Assembly (NCBI RefSeq): GCF_009914755.1
Contig: NC_060937.1
DNA length: 64,000 bases
Reading direction: 5' to 3' (one strand)
From: the human T2T-CHM13v2.0 reference genome, Homo sapiens
Part shown: piece after piece, positions 15,876-30,104 of the stretch
Position numbering within the stretch: position 1 is the first letter of the stretch
How the letters are laid out: each line of letters starts with the position of its first letter
Translations under genes and position numbers: made by a program
The notes under the pieces: model-generated
What the model was told of the DNA's origin: nothing
The model's database searches: none
The model's input: only the letters and a program-made list of their open reading frames with translations

Positions 15876-17839
15876 ATAGATTAAAATCTATTTTGAAGAT
15901 TTCAAATAATCTGTTTGTCATAGGTAGTTTTAGAAATTCAGAGAACTACTGGATTTTTGTTGGACCAGTATACAGTGGGGGAGTGATTTTTAAAAGTCAA
16001 CTCACTTGGGTGAATTAGGAAAGTTATTAGAATTGAAAATATATAATGTATGTGGTCCATCATGTCTCAAATCACAAACTCTTATGCATTCAAGAACAAA
16101 GATTATTTTTTAATCCATACTTCCACCAAGATTCTTTCCCTTGTTCTCCTACCAACACCCACACCCTCTCATACTAACTCAGCCCGTAAAAGAGGGGCTA
16201 CATAGATACAAATGGATTTATAGCTTTTCGTTATATATAATTGCCAGTATTATTGGAGGTGGTCTATGAATTAGAGGGTATAATGTGGCTTTATCCCTGA
16301 GTCTGTGAGAACAGAAAAGGTAAACTATTAGTTCATGCTCATAAATTAAGCAATTCTGGCAATAAGAATCAAATAGCAGGAATCAGTATTCTTGGATTTA
16401 TCTGTGACAGGTAATAATAATAGCAATGAAACAACCCTGGGATCCTAACAGTAAATAAGGAAGACAACATTTAGAAGACGCTAAGTATCTTTAGAGGTAA
16501 ACTTAATCTAAATGAAACATTTGGAGTTGCTTTAGTTTGAGAAAAAGTCTATCAAAGTTGACGAAACCAAAAATTATTGCTTATAATATCCTCTCAAGCT
16601 ACTTTTCTAGACAGGGGGCAAAATAGTTGAGTTAGATGAGTTGCTTATCTATGGAAGTGATCATTTTAGTCAGAAATTTAAAGTCAATTTTTTAGTCAAC
16701 ACAGATGATGTATCTTTAAACATGAAAGCAAGGAATACACCCATGAAATTATAGTCACTTTTACACCCTCTGGTTCTGAAATATGTTATGTAGATAGTGC
16801 ATTTATATACTCCTCAATTGTATTATTCAGCTAATATCTTCCATTAAAAGCAGAAAATCTAATGTAAACAGGAAAATACACATTTGTTAGGTGAAGGTTG
16901 ATCTGCTAATATACAGGTGAAGACTGCATTTAAAACATATGCTTATGTCAAGTCGCTTTTTAGCAATTCGTATGGTTCCTGCTCAAATTGGCAATGTCCG
17001 TAACATGACCTAATTGGTACTTTAAATTTATATCCAACTTAATCCAACACGGGCATCTGTGCTAGCTTAAGCAGTATTATAAAATTATTTCTGGATTATA
17101 TTTTCCCATGCCTGGTTTAAATCTAAGAACCATTATACCAGTGTTCTCTATACAACAGTAATTCTGATAAACTCTCAGCACCTAATAAATCCCACACAGT
17201 TATAGGATAAAATGGATCTTGCAAAAAAAATTCAAATAACAACAGCTGCAGACAAGCTGTGCATCTGGCACATTCTGGCTCTTGTTATAACCACACAGGG
17301 CAAGTGACAATTGCTTTCCTTAATCCTGTGATTGTGTTCTGTACAACTTGAATTATTTTTCATAAGTCATGGACCTCCTACAGCCATCTAAGTCACAAAT
17401 TTTATCTTTCATTGCATTACATCATCGTATTGTAGCAGCATTCTATAGCAGTATAAACTTATATTTTATATTCACGTAATACTGATATGCACTTAATACC
17501 AATAGAAACTACTTGTAGCAGTAATAGGTTAAGGCAGGCAAATATGAATTATTTGAGGCATAACAGCCACTTTCAATTTTATAAGTGACAATTTTTTTTT
17601 TGTTAGCATCAATTCAGCAAATATTCATCATGGCCTACCTACACTGTGTAAAAAAGAAACGTGTAATCCCAGTATTCACGGAGACAAAAATTATACACAA
17701 AATACTTGACTATGATTCAAACAGAAGTGTTAAAATATTTAGTGCAGATTTTAAGTTTTATAGGTCTTCTAAAATGACATGACTAAGGGTGTTTATAAGG
17801 TCAATTCACCCGCCTTATGGTGACATTCTCTTAGCCAGT

Positions 17840-18070
17840 AGCAATTATGGAGCTCTTACACTTTACCAGACACCAGACACTACAAATTAGCTCATTTAAT
17901 TCTCCAAAAAAATTCTGTGAGTCATTTATTATTATTAAGCATCAGATCACAAGTGAAAACATATCTTGAGGAGCTTTAGTATGTCTCATATCATTTATTG
18001 CACTAAATGGCAGAGATAATTCAAACAGAGAAGAATTCCATGACTTCAGAGTTCATTTTCTTAAGCCTTT
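17840..18070 (-). mobile_element. MIR SINE fragment
   Basis: Diverged motifs ctcatttaattctc...tgtgag and taaatggcagag...ttcaaac; boundaries approximate. Confidence 0.5.
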
Positions 18071-18674
18071 CACCATCCTTATTAACAAAGTGCTAATGTG
18101 CAGGGTATTATTATTTTTAAATTTCCTAATGTTAATAGACAAAATATCCTACATTCTAAGAATCTGAGTTAAAGTTTTCCATATTCAGTATGCAAAAAAA
18201 TAACTTTTCTCAACTTTCAAATTCAGGGCAGTGAAACAAAACACCTATTTCAATTCCACCTACTTCTAAATGGAACTAAATATTTATTATCAGAGAGGAA
18301 ATCTCTAGCTGTATGTAAATTGTGCCTTGAGATTCTCTTCTTAAAAATGTCTTATAAATCTCAACAAATGACATGAATTTTTAATCCTTTTTTGAGACTT
18401 TTTGGCAGGGTATACATATCTTGGCACTATAACGATTTTCAGTGTCTCTTTCTCCATCTCTTTTCTGTGGTGTCTCTCTTACTAAACTTAACACCACATC
18501 CATGTAGGAGTGAGTAGGCAGAATGGGAGGGATTAGAAAATAAATACAAAGGTAAACACAATTAGTTATTGACAGAATTATTCGTCTAAATTAGTCTAAA
18601 ATATTGCCTAAATATTATATTTAAGGCAGCATTTTGGAGAGAAAAAATAGTAATTCTATGGGGACTGAGGAGTA

Positions 18675-18760
18675 TAGGGAAAGAAAGAGACGGAGAATGG
18701 GGAGAGAGAGACACACATAGAAAGACAGAGATAGAGAGATTGAAAGAGAACAAGAGAGAA
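18675..18760. repeat. GA-rich low-complexity tract
   Basis: Purine-rich run with (GA)n segments. Confidence 0.7.
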
Positions 18761-20887
18761 TAGCAATATGTTGATTTCTGATGTAAATCTCTATAGCCTA
18801 AATCTTGGCATCTTTATAAGAAATGAGTTCTAGGAGTCTGGAGAGGCACATCTCTTAGGGAACAGATCAGAACCTTCACCCCTTGAAGAAGGGACTAATT
18901 CAAATGACACAGATCCTTTTGAAACTACTATTATACAAGTGGTTGCCATCTTCACCTTTAGTGGCCTAAGTAATCCACTATCACTACTACTAATATCTGC
19001 TTCTCATGTCATCCAGGTGGTTATATGGAAAACTTCTTTTAGCATTTCTGTGCCTCCATCAAGCAATATGGTCTCAATGAGGTGAAATCTTAATTAACAA
19101 AAAAACTCATTTACTTATTTTTATTTTTTATCTAATTAGTGCTCAATATGAGCTTGAATGTGCTCTCTTTCCCCCAGCTGAATACACAGGTTACTTGTTT
19201 TTTCACAAAGAGAAACTAGTCAAAGTTGGATATTTAAAAGAGCCCTTATTTGAAGGGCCAGGCTGCTTTTTCTTCCTGAAAAAAATTAACTTACTGAACT
19301 TTGATATTAGACAAATTATTAAGCGAATTCTACCTATACTTCTTCCCATTAACTGCACAAGGCATATCTAGGCAGAAAACAAATGCATGAGACTGAAAGG
19401 CAGCAAGTCTGTTGGAAGATTTTCTTTTTCTTTGTATTTTATCTGAGTTAACTGAGTGAGTCCAATAAAATTTTTCAGGCAATCATTTCTGAATTATTAT
19501 CTGCTACTAACCGTACCCCAGGGACACATACACCAACAGAAATACAGGTGGCTGTGGAGCACTTCACTTAATTGGACAAATGTTATGTGCTAACATTAAG
19601 CTTTAGTATGACAAAGATTGTTTTGGCAATTCAGACAATATAAGACTTTTCACTAACAGGTAAGTAAATAACTGTCTGAATTACATTCCTCATGTTCTTT
19701 AGGATGGTTCCAGGCAAAGATGTGAATTAAAAGTCTGTCTTAGCAGTTTTCACCTCACCACCTATGAAATTCTTCTTGGGAGAAAAGACATGAAATGATT
19801 GTTAACAAATGAGCATGATTGGAAATCAGTGTGTTACTTCTTCAAATATATTGTTAACCTTGCTTGCAGTTATAAAATAAACGGCTGTGTTCATTTAAAA
19901 TCTTTGTGCTTCAGAATCAGGTGCTTAAACATTTAGCTGGCATGGATGCCTTTCATCCGTTCTCTATGCCTCCAGCTTCTGCCTCTGCCTTGGCCATTCC
20001 ACAGAATAACTGCTCAGCACATAAGGCAAAGGTGGGAAAGTGAGGGAATGCTGCAGAGATGTTAGAGAAAAGAGATAGGGAAGAAAGAAAAGGGTTAACT
20101 GGGCATTGCAGAACTCCTCCTGGGAAGGTAGATAACCTTAGCTATAGCCCTCCTGCATTCATCTTTCATTTGGGGAATATCACTGATGTTTAGATTTATG
20201 TTGTGTTCCTTGATTGACATATTGACCCTACTTTATTTCAGAGCATGTATAGTATGTTACTGCAATATGTAGTTCTTATTTTATACTTTTCTTTCTGAAT
20301 TACAAATTATCATAACATTTACAAAGGCAGAATTTTTATGAAAAGATAAATAATATACACATTTTACTTTTCTGAAATCATAGGAGTATATAAATGTTTA
20401 ATAAGTTTTATATCATCATGAGTAATTTATTGCAATATAAAATACAAACTGAAAAGTGTCAATTGAAACTAGATTTGAAAAACAAATATCAAAGGATCTA
20501 AGGCTGATCTATGGCCCATCTCTGACTAAAGGAGGAAAAAACCCTCTTACAATGCACCAGAGGTTTATATTTCACAAACTTTTTTAAAAGCTGAGATAAC
20601 AAATAAAGTTCAACCAGAAAATGCAAAAATAATTAATTAATTTTGTTTTTTATAAGGAATCTAGGCCACTTTCACCACTCCTCCCCAACCCATCCCCAGA
20701 CTAAATTTCTCATCCTGCACTGAATCACCTCCAAACATCACAGTGCTGAATAGCCCTTTTTATATTCATTAAATTGATAGGTTTTGGTGTCAGTCGTTTT
20801 TACTAGTTCCTTAGCCCCTGATAGAAAGAAAAAGTCGTGTTCAATATTTTATGACGATTGATGAGGATATCACTTCAACCTTAGTAA

Positions 20888-22264
20888 TGATAGCAGCAGG
20901 AGGCAGACAAATTCCTAGGCAGAAAGGGGTGGGTTCCCAGTGAAACCTTCAAGCCAAAGGCAGTTTTAAACCCTGAAAACCATGGCCGAGTGCGGTGGCT
21001 CACGCCTGTAATACCAGCACTTTGGGAGGCTGAGGCAGGTGGATCACGAGGTCAGGAGATTGAGACCATCCTGGCTAACATGGTGAAACCCCGTCTCTAC
21101 TAAAAATACAAAAAATTAGCCGGGCGTGGTGGCGGGGGCCTGCAGTTCCAGCTACTCAGGAGGCTGAGGCAGGAGAATGGCGTGAACCCAGGAGGCAGAG
21201 CTTGCAGTGAGCCGAGATCACGCCACTGCACTCCAGGCTGGGCGACAGAGCAAGACTCCGTCTCAAAAAAAAAAAAAAAAAAAAAAAACCTGAAAACAAA
21301 ATAGCCTGTTCACATACTTCCTTCATGCCTTTTAGCCAATCAAATGATGCTTTTTCCAGGCCTGCCAATGGACCAATCAGCATGCACGTTCCCGTTCTGA
21401 GCACGTAAAAACCTTGGACTCAGCCACAACTGGGGACTACCCGCCTTCTGGTAGGGGCTACCCACCTCAGATCCCCTCTCCACTGAGAGCTTTTCTATCA
21501 CTCAATAAAACTCCTCTCCACCTTGCTACCTCTCTGGTTGTCTGCCTAACCTCATTCTTCTTGGATGCAAAACAAGAACATGGAACCTGAACAGTGGGTG
21601 TGAAAGGAGTTGTAATACTGCAGCCCTCTTGTCTTCCACCCACACTGGGTGGCCTCCTCACATAATGGGAGATGACAGTGGGGCCAGGCTAGCCCAGGAG
21701 CCACAGGCCAGAGCGAGGCAACAGGAACAAACAAGCTGGAACATACTCCCTTTCTCCAAAGTGTGTGGACAGGAGGGAATAAATGAGCTGTAACACAAAT
21801 GAACCATAACACTTCCTGGGGGCCCAGACCTTGGGGGTCCCCGAGCCAGAGCTGTAGCATCCCCTTTGGGACTCCATGGTTTCTGGCATCTCTGAATTTT
21901 CAAGTGCTGTGGTGTTCCCCTTGTCCATATGCCATCGCCCACGGCGGAATCCGCTTAAGGTATGCATGGTCCAGCCACTGCCTTACATGGAGCTTGTGTC
22001 TGTGCTGGCACCTGGAATTTCCCTACCTACCCTCTGAGAAGCCAGCATGCCTGGCTGTGTGCTGTGGCTGAACCTCATGTGTGCTCACTCACACACCCCT
22101 TAATGCTCCATGCCCAGCTCGCATGTGATAGGCCTGAGATCTGGGCTGGTAGTGCAAGCTGAGCACAGCCTTCCAGGCCAAGTATGTAGAGCCAGCCCAG
22201 TGGTCTTAGAGGAAAAGTTGAGCAGAGACCCTGCTGGTAAAGTGGCACTGAAAGGATCCTGTCA
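20888..22264 (+). mobile_element. ERV1 solo LTR of the LTR28/LTR27/MER52 group, interrupted by an AluY
   Basis: TG...CA termini (tgatagcagcaggaggcagacaaattcctaggcaga ... ggatcctgtca); CCAAT boxes and AATAAA near 21505; 4-bp flanks gtaa/gtag. Confidence 0.8.
20984..21288 (+). mobile_element. AluY nested in the LTR
   Basis: Full AluY with a long poly(A); TSD around cctgaaaac on both sides. Confidence 0.95.
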
Positions 22265-22404
22265 GTAGGTATTAGTTAATCTACATTAAATAGCAGATAA
22301 TATATTTTCTGAGTCTGATGAACAGTTAGTCAATGGAATCCGTGAATGAGAGCTACAGTAACTAGCAACAGCTTCGGCTGCGCTTTCTAGAAATAATACT
22401 ACCA

Positions 22405-22910
22405 CTGTGTTGATGACCTCCAGCTAGACTACTGGGTATGTACCAGTAGTCAGTAGACACAGTTGGATTTTTGTCATCTCAGAGAAGGATATCTCTCATG
22501 TGAGACATGAGTTAGGTGATTAGGCTTGTGTTAGGTGATTTTACAGAAGGTTCAGGGAGTAGAGCTTTGTTCTGGATGTGTTGCTGTCAAGAAACAGCTA
22601 ATTCCTCCGTTAGTGTCTATATGAATCTTATCTAGAAGAAAGGCTTAATCTATAATTGATAAGAAAGCACGAGTTGTGCATATTAGTCAACGACAAATGA
22701 ATAGTTGATCATTTGTATGGTGTACGTATAGACCTTGTCCTTTCTTCTCAAACAAGATTAAAGACTGAAATTTTTAAAAAATCTTGCCTTGGTATCAATT
22801 TATCTGATGTTGTTCTATGAGATTAATTATGTTCAATAAGAGAAACTCTCAGGCTAGATTTCGGTGCAAGGCCAGTTCCTTAGAACACTGAAGCTGAGCT
22901 GTGTTTCCCA
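22405..22910 (-). mobile_element. Old ERVL-type LTR fragment (MER76-like, tentative)
   Basis: Stretch ggcttgtgttaggtgatttt...gctttgttctggat...tcttatctagaag resembles a recalled consensus; family uncertain. Confidence 0.4.
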
Positions 22911-23209
22911 GAATTTAGAATATGCTAATCTCTTCTTTAATAAATATTCTTATGAATTCCGTAAAATATTTTAAAGAAAATAAAATAATGAACCCCTTTG
23001 TGTTTGAATTATAAAGCAGAGTTTGAATTAACTTGGGCAAATTTTGTAGTTAGTAAGTGGCAGATCTTAAATTTTAAGCCTTATATTCTTACTCAAGAGC
23101 CACATAAATGTGTTTTTATCTGTCAATTGAAGCTGTTTAATACAATAGAGTGACAAGCCACATGGAACTATATGAATTTAAAATTGAATTAATTAAAATT
23201 AAAAACAAT

Positions 23210-24270
23210 TTTGCTTAGAAGCAACAACACCTCAGTGACAATGAGCATACCTATTTTCTGTATTTTAAGCCTTAACACTGTTCTCCAATAAGAGAAACCA
23301 GAGCTTCTTGAATAAATAGCTGAGGCTAAGGCTGGTACAGGAAGTGTAGAAAGAAAACGACTGGGCTATGTCAAAGGGACACGTAATTCAACTGAAAGTT
23401 CCCCCAAGTCTGAAATTAGAAAAACGTTAGCAACAAAATAAACTAAATATTTTTGGATTATAACCCACAGTATAAAATAAATAACCATAGGTCTATACTG
23501 ATACAAATAAACAATTAAATAAATGAATGGGGGATAATACACAAATCTACCATGCAGAAAAATTACAGATAATTTGTTTAGCTACTTCCCCCTCAAGGAA
23601 GTTGAGTGCAAATCCATATTTCTTAAGTGAGTGTTGTACATAGTGACAGTCTTCCAAAGAGTACTGTATCTAAATACAGGAAAAAAGAGTAATTTTCCAT
23701 TGGTGAAATCTAACAAACACTGCCTCAGCCAGCTCATAATGTTTAACATGAACAATGCTAAGTCATGTTGATAGTAGGTACCCTTAATGTGTTGTGATGA
23801 GAATGGTATATTACCTCAGGGGTCTTTCTTTTCACAGTTCATAACCTCATTCAAATTTGTGTAAGCATCAGAAAAATCCTAATAGAGGAACATGCTATGA
23901 AATACCAGATTACCAGTACTCCTCAAACTGTTCAGGTAATCAGTCAAAAACAAGAAAAGTCTGAGAAACTGTCACAGCCAAGTGGAACGTAAGGAAACAC
24001 AACAGTATAATGTGGTATCTTGTATAGAATTCTTGAACTAGCAAAAGACATTAGGTAAACAATTAGGAAACATGAATAAATTGTGAACTTAAGTTAATAA
24101 TAATATAGTAGTATAACCTCATTAAATATAATAAATTTACCCTACCAAAGTGAGATGTTATTACTAAGGAAAACTGAGTGTAAGGTATATGAGAACTCTG
24201 AACTATCCTTACTTTTTCTTTCTGAAAGTCTACAACCATTTTAAAATAAAGTTTATTAAAAATTAAAATA
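23210..24270 (+). mobile_element. L1MC/L1MD 3' end fragment
   Basis: Typical old-L1 3'UTR motifs (ctccaataagagaaaccagagcttcttg, gtctgagaaactgtcacagcc, tatatgagaactctg...aaataaagtttatt). Confidence 0.75.
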
Positions 24271-27093
24271 TTATTAGAACTCAGTTTCCCAATTATACTA
24301 GCCACAGTTCATGTGCTCAGAATCTACACAGAGCTTGAGACTACTCTATGGACTGCCCAGATATAAAACATGTGCTTTGTTACATAAAGCCCTGAGGGCA
24401 GATTATTTTTCAGTTTACTTCTTTCCTCCTTTCACTAATTTGACTTCTATATCAAAATTTATAATTCTAGATCTAGGGATAAAAATAGTAGAAGATATAT
24501 ACCTGATCTTCCTTTGTTCTTTCTACATTTCAGGCATTCACATTTATAAAATTCATTTAGAATTTTGAATATCTGCTCTTTTGCAGTCATTGTCTCAACA
24601 GTTTTAAAAAAGACATTTTATGTAAAACAAATATTATAAATAGACAACCCCCAAATCTGAATAAGTATCTTCCCATTGGTCTGTTAGGAATTTGGTAAGA
24701 TACTATATTTTTCGAAAGGTTATGTAGCTAGCCTCTGGGAATTTTTATCACAGAACAGCAAATCTTCATCTAAAAATCTTCATTCTGACTACAATGGTGC
24801 TAATTATGTTTTTTATAGAAACATGTTTTCTATTTAAACTTAAAATATTGAATTATTTGTAACACAAACACAAATAGACATAATTATTTTTAATGTATAC
24901 AATTTGGATGTCATGTACCTACTACAATTGAAACCCAGGGCTCACATTGTTTCTGAAAATATATATTTTTTGGAGGAAAATTTTTTTTCATCCTTAAGCT
25001 AGTAATAAAAACAAAGAAATAAAAAACGCAGAAGTTTATAGGTTTAATTTGTGTATTTATAAATCAGTATAAATCAGAAGAAATTTTTAGTTCATAATTA
25101 ATTTAGTGAAAAACAAACAAAAATATTCATCCAATCTGTAGAAAACACAGCATCCTTGATTAAGGTATTATAGGTAAAAATAAGCTACTCTTTAAGACTA
25201 TGACTCATTTCACACATGAAATTTTCCTTAGGAATAATTGTAACATTTATTTTGTTTCACAGAAGTTCACACAGTTACATGACAGCTTCCTAATAATTGA
25301 GAGTGTACACATGTGATGATATTCATGAAATTAGAGCAATGGATTCAAAAATTAAAGTAACTATTATTTTCTTATATTAAAAAAGACTTCTGAGTAAAAT
25401 ACTGGCTTGTAACTTATAAAGAGTATTATATCACCAAAATTTTACATGCAGGTATTTTATGTTGACTCTGGGGCTCCCATTTGCTGAAAAACATAAGATA
25501 TTTATGGATTTTTTTAATACAAGATTGAGCTTAATTGGGTCTTTATTATGACACATACTAATATATGCCTGTCTGGTGAAATTTTGCAGCTTGCCTCATA
25601 ATACCATGTATGAGATTTACTGACAAGGTTCCTAGGACAAAGCTTATATTAAAGCAAAAATTAAGCACATATAATTTAATCCAGTGACAATGCCATAGCC
25701 CTCACAGAAGAAACATTTTCACACAAAGTGACACATGCCACTCAAAAATATTCCAGCCTACCTCCCTAAACTAGTGAACAGATCCCAAAGAAGGGACTAT
25801 AAATAAAATTAGAAAAAGCTGTTTTACTTCAGCTCTCTAAGATGCTGGTAGGATGAGGACTAGTTTTGATATTTCTCCAAGTAGATAATACATCACAAAA
25901 ACTCAGGAAAATATATTATTTTTGGATTTCAAGATTCCAGTTCACTGCTAGTGGTATTCAGGGTTGCTGATGAAAAGTAGCAGTGTGTATGAGAGTTAAG
26001 GATGGCAAAAGATGGGGGAGAACCAATAGTGGCACCTGGTAGGCCTAGTGATGTAGGTGGTAATATGTTGTGGGGGCTTATATAAAACACACCCTGGGAA
26101 AATCTGAAAATATTTGAAGGAGTCTTTGAAATGGTAGAAAGCCCATAAATCAAATAAATATTACTCAATGTATTATTTTGTGTTCCTTCAAGGTGGTAAG
26201 ATAAGCAAAAACTAGTATTACATAAACATAAGATAACATAGGATGGTTGTATTTTGAACCCAAATTTACTGAAGACATCTTATCACTTAGAATGCAATAG
26301 AGCTGATTTTATGGGCTTTTAACTTATAAACAGTTAATTTGTGATTAAACATGTATTTTTATTTTCACTACTTAACAATTTCCAAAAGGACAGAAGGATA
26401 CAGTGTTCTGTAACTCTCAATACACTTTATGTTCTCCCCAGGAGGTTTGTTTTGCTACTCTTTGTATACACACTGAGGTAAAGATCAGTTACTTTGTTGT
26501 CAGTTCAATGAAATAAATATGAAATCAGCAGCAGGATCTAATGTTCTAAGTGGCCCCATTGTGCCTTTAGTTCAAAATGTTCTAATGAGATAAAATATAT
26601 TCCACCTTTTCTTTTTGTTTAGTAAAAATATATGCCTTCCCTGTCAGAGCCTTGCAGAGGAAATGAAATCATTGACATAATGTACTGTGGCTCAACCTGA
26701 CACCACAGTACTTAAAATTGTGTTTTTAGTTTTCTCTCTTACTTTGTATGACTTGAAAATTTTCATTCTCAATTTCCTGCACACATTGGGAGTGTGGAAA
26801 ATAAAGATTGCTATAACACTGTGCTCATTTTTATTATCACAAGAGACAGTCAACTGTGTTTAAACGTCCCTTTCTACATTACATCCTTTACTGTCGAGGA
26901 TCTCTACCATGCTTCAGGGTAACTTTTTCAGTGAGGGTAATTAAATAAAGCAGCAACTACTCTGCGGATGGAAATATGAGTATATAATCAAAAGATCAAC
27001 AGTAGAATGATACAGACCTATTTTAGCAGGTGATTTATACATAGCAAATTGTTGTAGGTCTTTAAGAAGCAGATCTAAAAATTAATGTGGTTT

Positions 27094-27684
27094 TGTTTCC
27101 AATGGAGGGTGTCCAGATTCTTAGCGTTTTGAACAAAGTATTGGACAAGACACAAAGCAATGAAAGAAAAGCACAGATTTGTTGAAATGAAAGTTCACTC
27201 CACAGAGTCGTAGCACACTCAAGCAAGATGCTCAAGAGCACTGATTACAGAGTTTTCTGGGGTTTAAATATTCTGCAGAGGTTTCCCGTTGGTTACTTGT
27301 TTTAACTCTATATAAATGAAGGAGTGGCCAACAACCAGTCTGATTGGTTGCAGAAGATGACCAATCTGAGGCTGACGTGAAGTAACAGAGTTCCATCCTA
27401 TGCAAACATCTGATTGGTTTTAAAAGGGGTCAAATCAGAGGCTAAAGTGAAGTTACAAAGTTACACATGAAGACTTGGCCCACGACCAGTCTGATTGGTT
27501 GTGGGAGGCGACCAAACAGAGGTACTTTCCATTTTTCCTCTGGCATGTAGTGCAGAGAGAGTAGCCTCTGATCCTTTTCTTACTTGGGTGTGAAGAGGTG
27601 GGGTTTTCCTTTTGATTCAGTTCTAGGAAGTCAGCACAAGTCAGTCTTAGGTTCCCTGCCTCCACACACTATTCTCATGCCTCA
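27094..27684 (-). mobile_element. MER51A/B ERV1 solo LTR
   Basis: Reverse complement begins tgaggcatgagaatag...ggaggcagggaacctaag; repeated ctgattggtt (CCAAT) units; 4-bp flanks gttt/attt. Confidence 0.88.
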
Positions 27685-27859
27685 ATTTCAGTAGCTGCCC
27701 CATAAACCCAAGATTTAAAAAAAAATTAACAAAAAAGTTAGCATTGATACTCAAGATATTTCCATGTGTGTCACTTGCTAAAATGTCCAAAGAACATGTG
27801 TTAAACATTTTTTTTTTAAATTTAGAACCCTACTGAACTTCTTGTATTAAAAATTTTGT

Positions 27860-29560
27860 TACAGAAATTTCAAAATACAATTGGAAGCCTTAACAATAGA
27901 CTAGACCAAGCAGAAGGAATAATCTCAGAGCTCAAAGACTAGTTCTTTAAATCAATTAAATCCGACAAAAAATAAAGAGAAAAAAGAATTTTTAAAAAAT
28001 GAGCAAAAGCTCTATGAAATGTGGGATTACATAAAGTGAACAAACCTACAACTCATTGGCATTCCAGAGAGAGAAGGGAAAAGACATAGCAATTTCAAAA
28101 ACATATTTGTGGATATAGTCCACAAAAAATTGTCCAATCTCACTAGAGAGGTCAAGATTCAAGAAATTTACAGAACCCCTGTGAGATACTCTACAAATGA
28201 CCACCTCCAAGACACAAAGTTACCATAGTTACCACTCTTTCCAAGACCAATACAAAAGAAAAAAAAATCTTAAAGACAGGTAGAGAAAAAGGCCAGGACA
28301 CACATGAAGAAAATCCCATCAGGCTACCATCAGAATTTTCAGCAGTAACCTTCCTTACAAGCCAGAAGGGATTGAAGGCCTATTTTCAGCATTCTTAAAG
28401 AAAAGTAGTTCCAACCAAGAATGTCAGATTCTGCCAAACTACATTTCATGAACAAAGAAGAAATAAAATCTTTTCCAGATGATAAAATGAGAGGAGAATT
28501 TGTTACCATTAGACCAGCCTTACAAAAGGTTTTTAGGAGAGTGCTAAACATGGAAATGAAAGAATGATTTCCACTACAAAAAAAGAAACACACTTAAATA
28601 CATATTCTACAGACCCTATAAAGCAACTACACAATAGAGTCTACAAAACAACCAGCTAACAACATGATGACAGGATCAAAACTTAATATATTATTGTCAA
28701 CCCCGAATATAATACCAACCTTAAATATAAATAGTCTAAACACCCTATTAAAAAGTCATAGAGTGACGAGTTGGATAGAAAAAGCAAGACTCAACTATCT
28801 GCTGTCTTTGAGACCAATCTCATATGTAACAACACCCCCAAGCATGAAGTAAAGGGATCCAGAAAGATCTGGTTTCCATTTCCATGCAAATGGAAAACAA
28901 AAAAGAGCAGAAGTCACTAATCTTATATCAGATAAAACAGACTTTAAATTAACAACAGTAAAAGAGGATCCAGTAAGCCATTATATAATAAAGAGTTTAT
29001 AGTTCAACAAGAAGACTTAAATATCCGAAATATATGTATGCATCCAACATTGGAATGCTCGAATTCATAGAACAAGTACTTCTAGACCTACAAAAAGACA
29101 TATAGCTCCACAATAACAGTGTGGGAATTCAATATCCCACTGAAAGCATTAGTTTATCAAGGCAAAAAACTAGCAGAGAAATTCTGGACCTAAACTCAAT
29201 ACTTTATTGGACCAAATGGACAGCTACAGAATACTCCACCCACAACCACAGAATATACATTTTTTTCAACTGCACATGGAAGATACACTAAGATCAACCA
29301 CTTGCTCAGTCATAAAGAAAGTCTTAATAAATTCATAAAAGCAAAACCATATCAAGCCATACTATCAAAGACAGTAAAATGAAAGTAAAGATGAATACCA
29401 AGAAGGTCTGTCAAAACCACACTAGCACATGGAAAGTAAACAATTTACTCTTGAGTGACTTTTGAGTAAACAATAAAATTAAGGTAGAAATAAAAAAGTA
29501 TTTGAAATTAATAAAAATACAGACACAATATACCAAAAATATCTGAGATGAGGCAAAAAC
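27860..29560 (+). mobile_element. L1PB/L1MA-type internal fragment (ORF1 3' part plus ORF2 endonuclease), decayed
   Basis: ORF2 start peptide MMTGSKLNILLST...NINSLNTLLKSHRVTSWI at 28664; ORF1-like DNA upstream; many stops and frameshifts. Confidence 0.85.
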
Positions 29561-29803
29561 TTTGAAATTTGGGGACATAATTCAGCTGAGATCTACTTAG
29601 CTAGAGCAAAAGCAGTTGGAACCAAAGACTGGTAAGACCATTAACTGGTAATGTTGATGAATTGCTGGAAGCTTAGTGTGGACTAACATGATAGTGAGAA
29701 ACTCTTGAAGGCTAAAGTACTGGGGGAGGGTAGGACATAATTTAATGGGCTTTATCTCTTGCAATTCACATTAATGAACTGAGAAAGATTCATGTATAGC
29801 TCT

Positions 29804-30098
29804 TGTCAACGAAGAGTCAAACTCTGTAAAATATTTGAAGAGATTCATTCTGAGCCAAAAATGAGTGACCATGGCTCATGACACAGCCCACAGGAGATCC
29901 TGAGAACATGTGCCCAAGGTAGTCAGGGTGCAGATTGATTTTATATGTTTTTGAGAGACATGAGACATCAATCAAATACATTTAAGAAATACATTGGTTT
30001 GGGTCAAAAAGGCAGGACAGCTCAAAGCAGGGGCTTCCAAGCTAGAGGTAAATTTAAACATATTCTGGTTGACTATTAATTGAGTTTATCTGAAGACC
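29804..30098 (-). mobile_element. MER4 (A/B-like) ERV1 LTR, truncated
   Basis: tgtcaacgaagagtcaaactctgtaaaatatttgaagagatt...gagaacatgtgcccaagg matches the recalled MER4 reverse strand. Confidence 0.8.
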
Positions 30099-30104
30099 AA
30101 TAAA

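Noticed and set aside
19657-19702. Perfect splice donor CAG|GTAAGT at 19660
   Set aside because: No supportable upstream exon or ORF, and the nearest acceptor-like site gives only a 43-nt intron; an isolated 9-mer is expected by chance in 64 kb.
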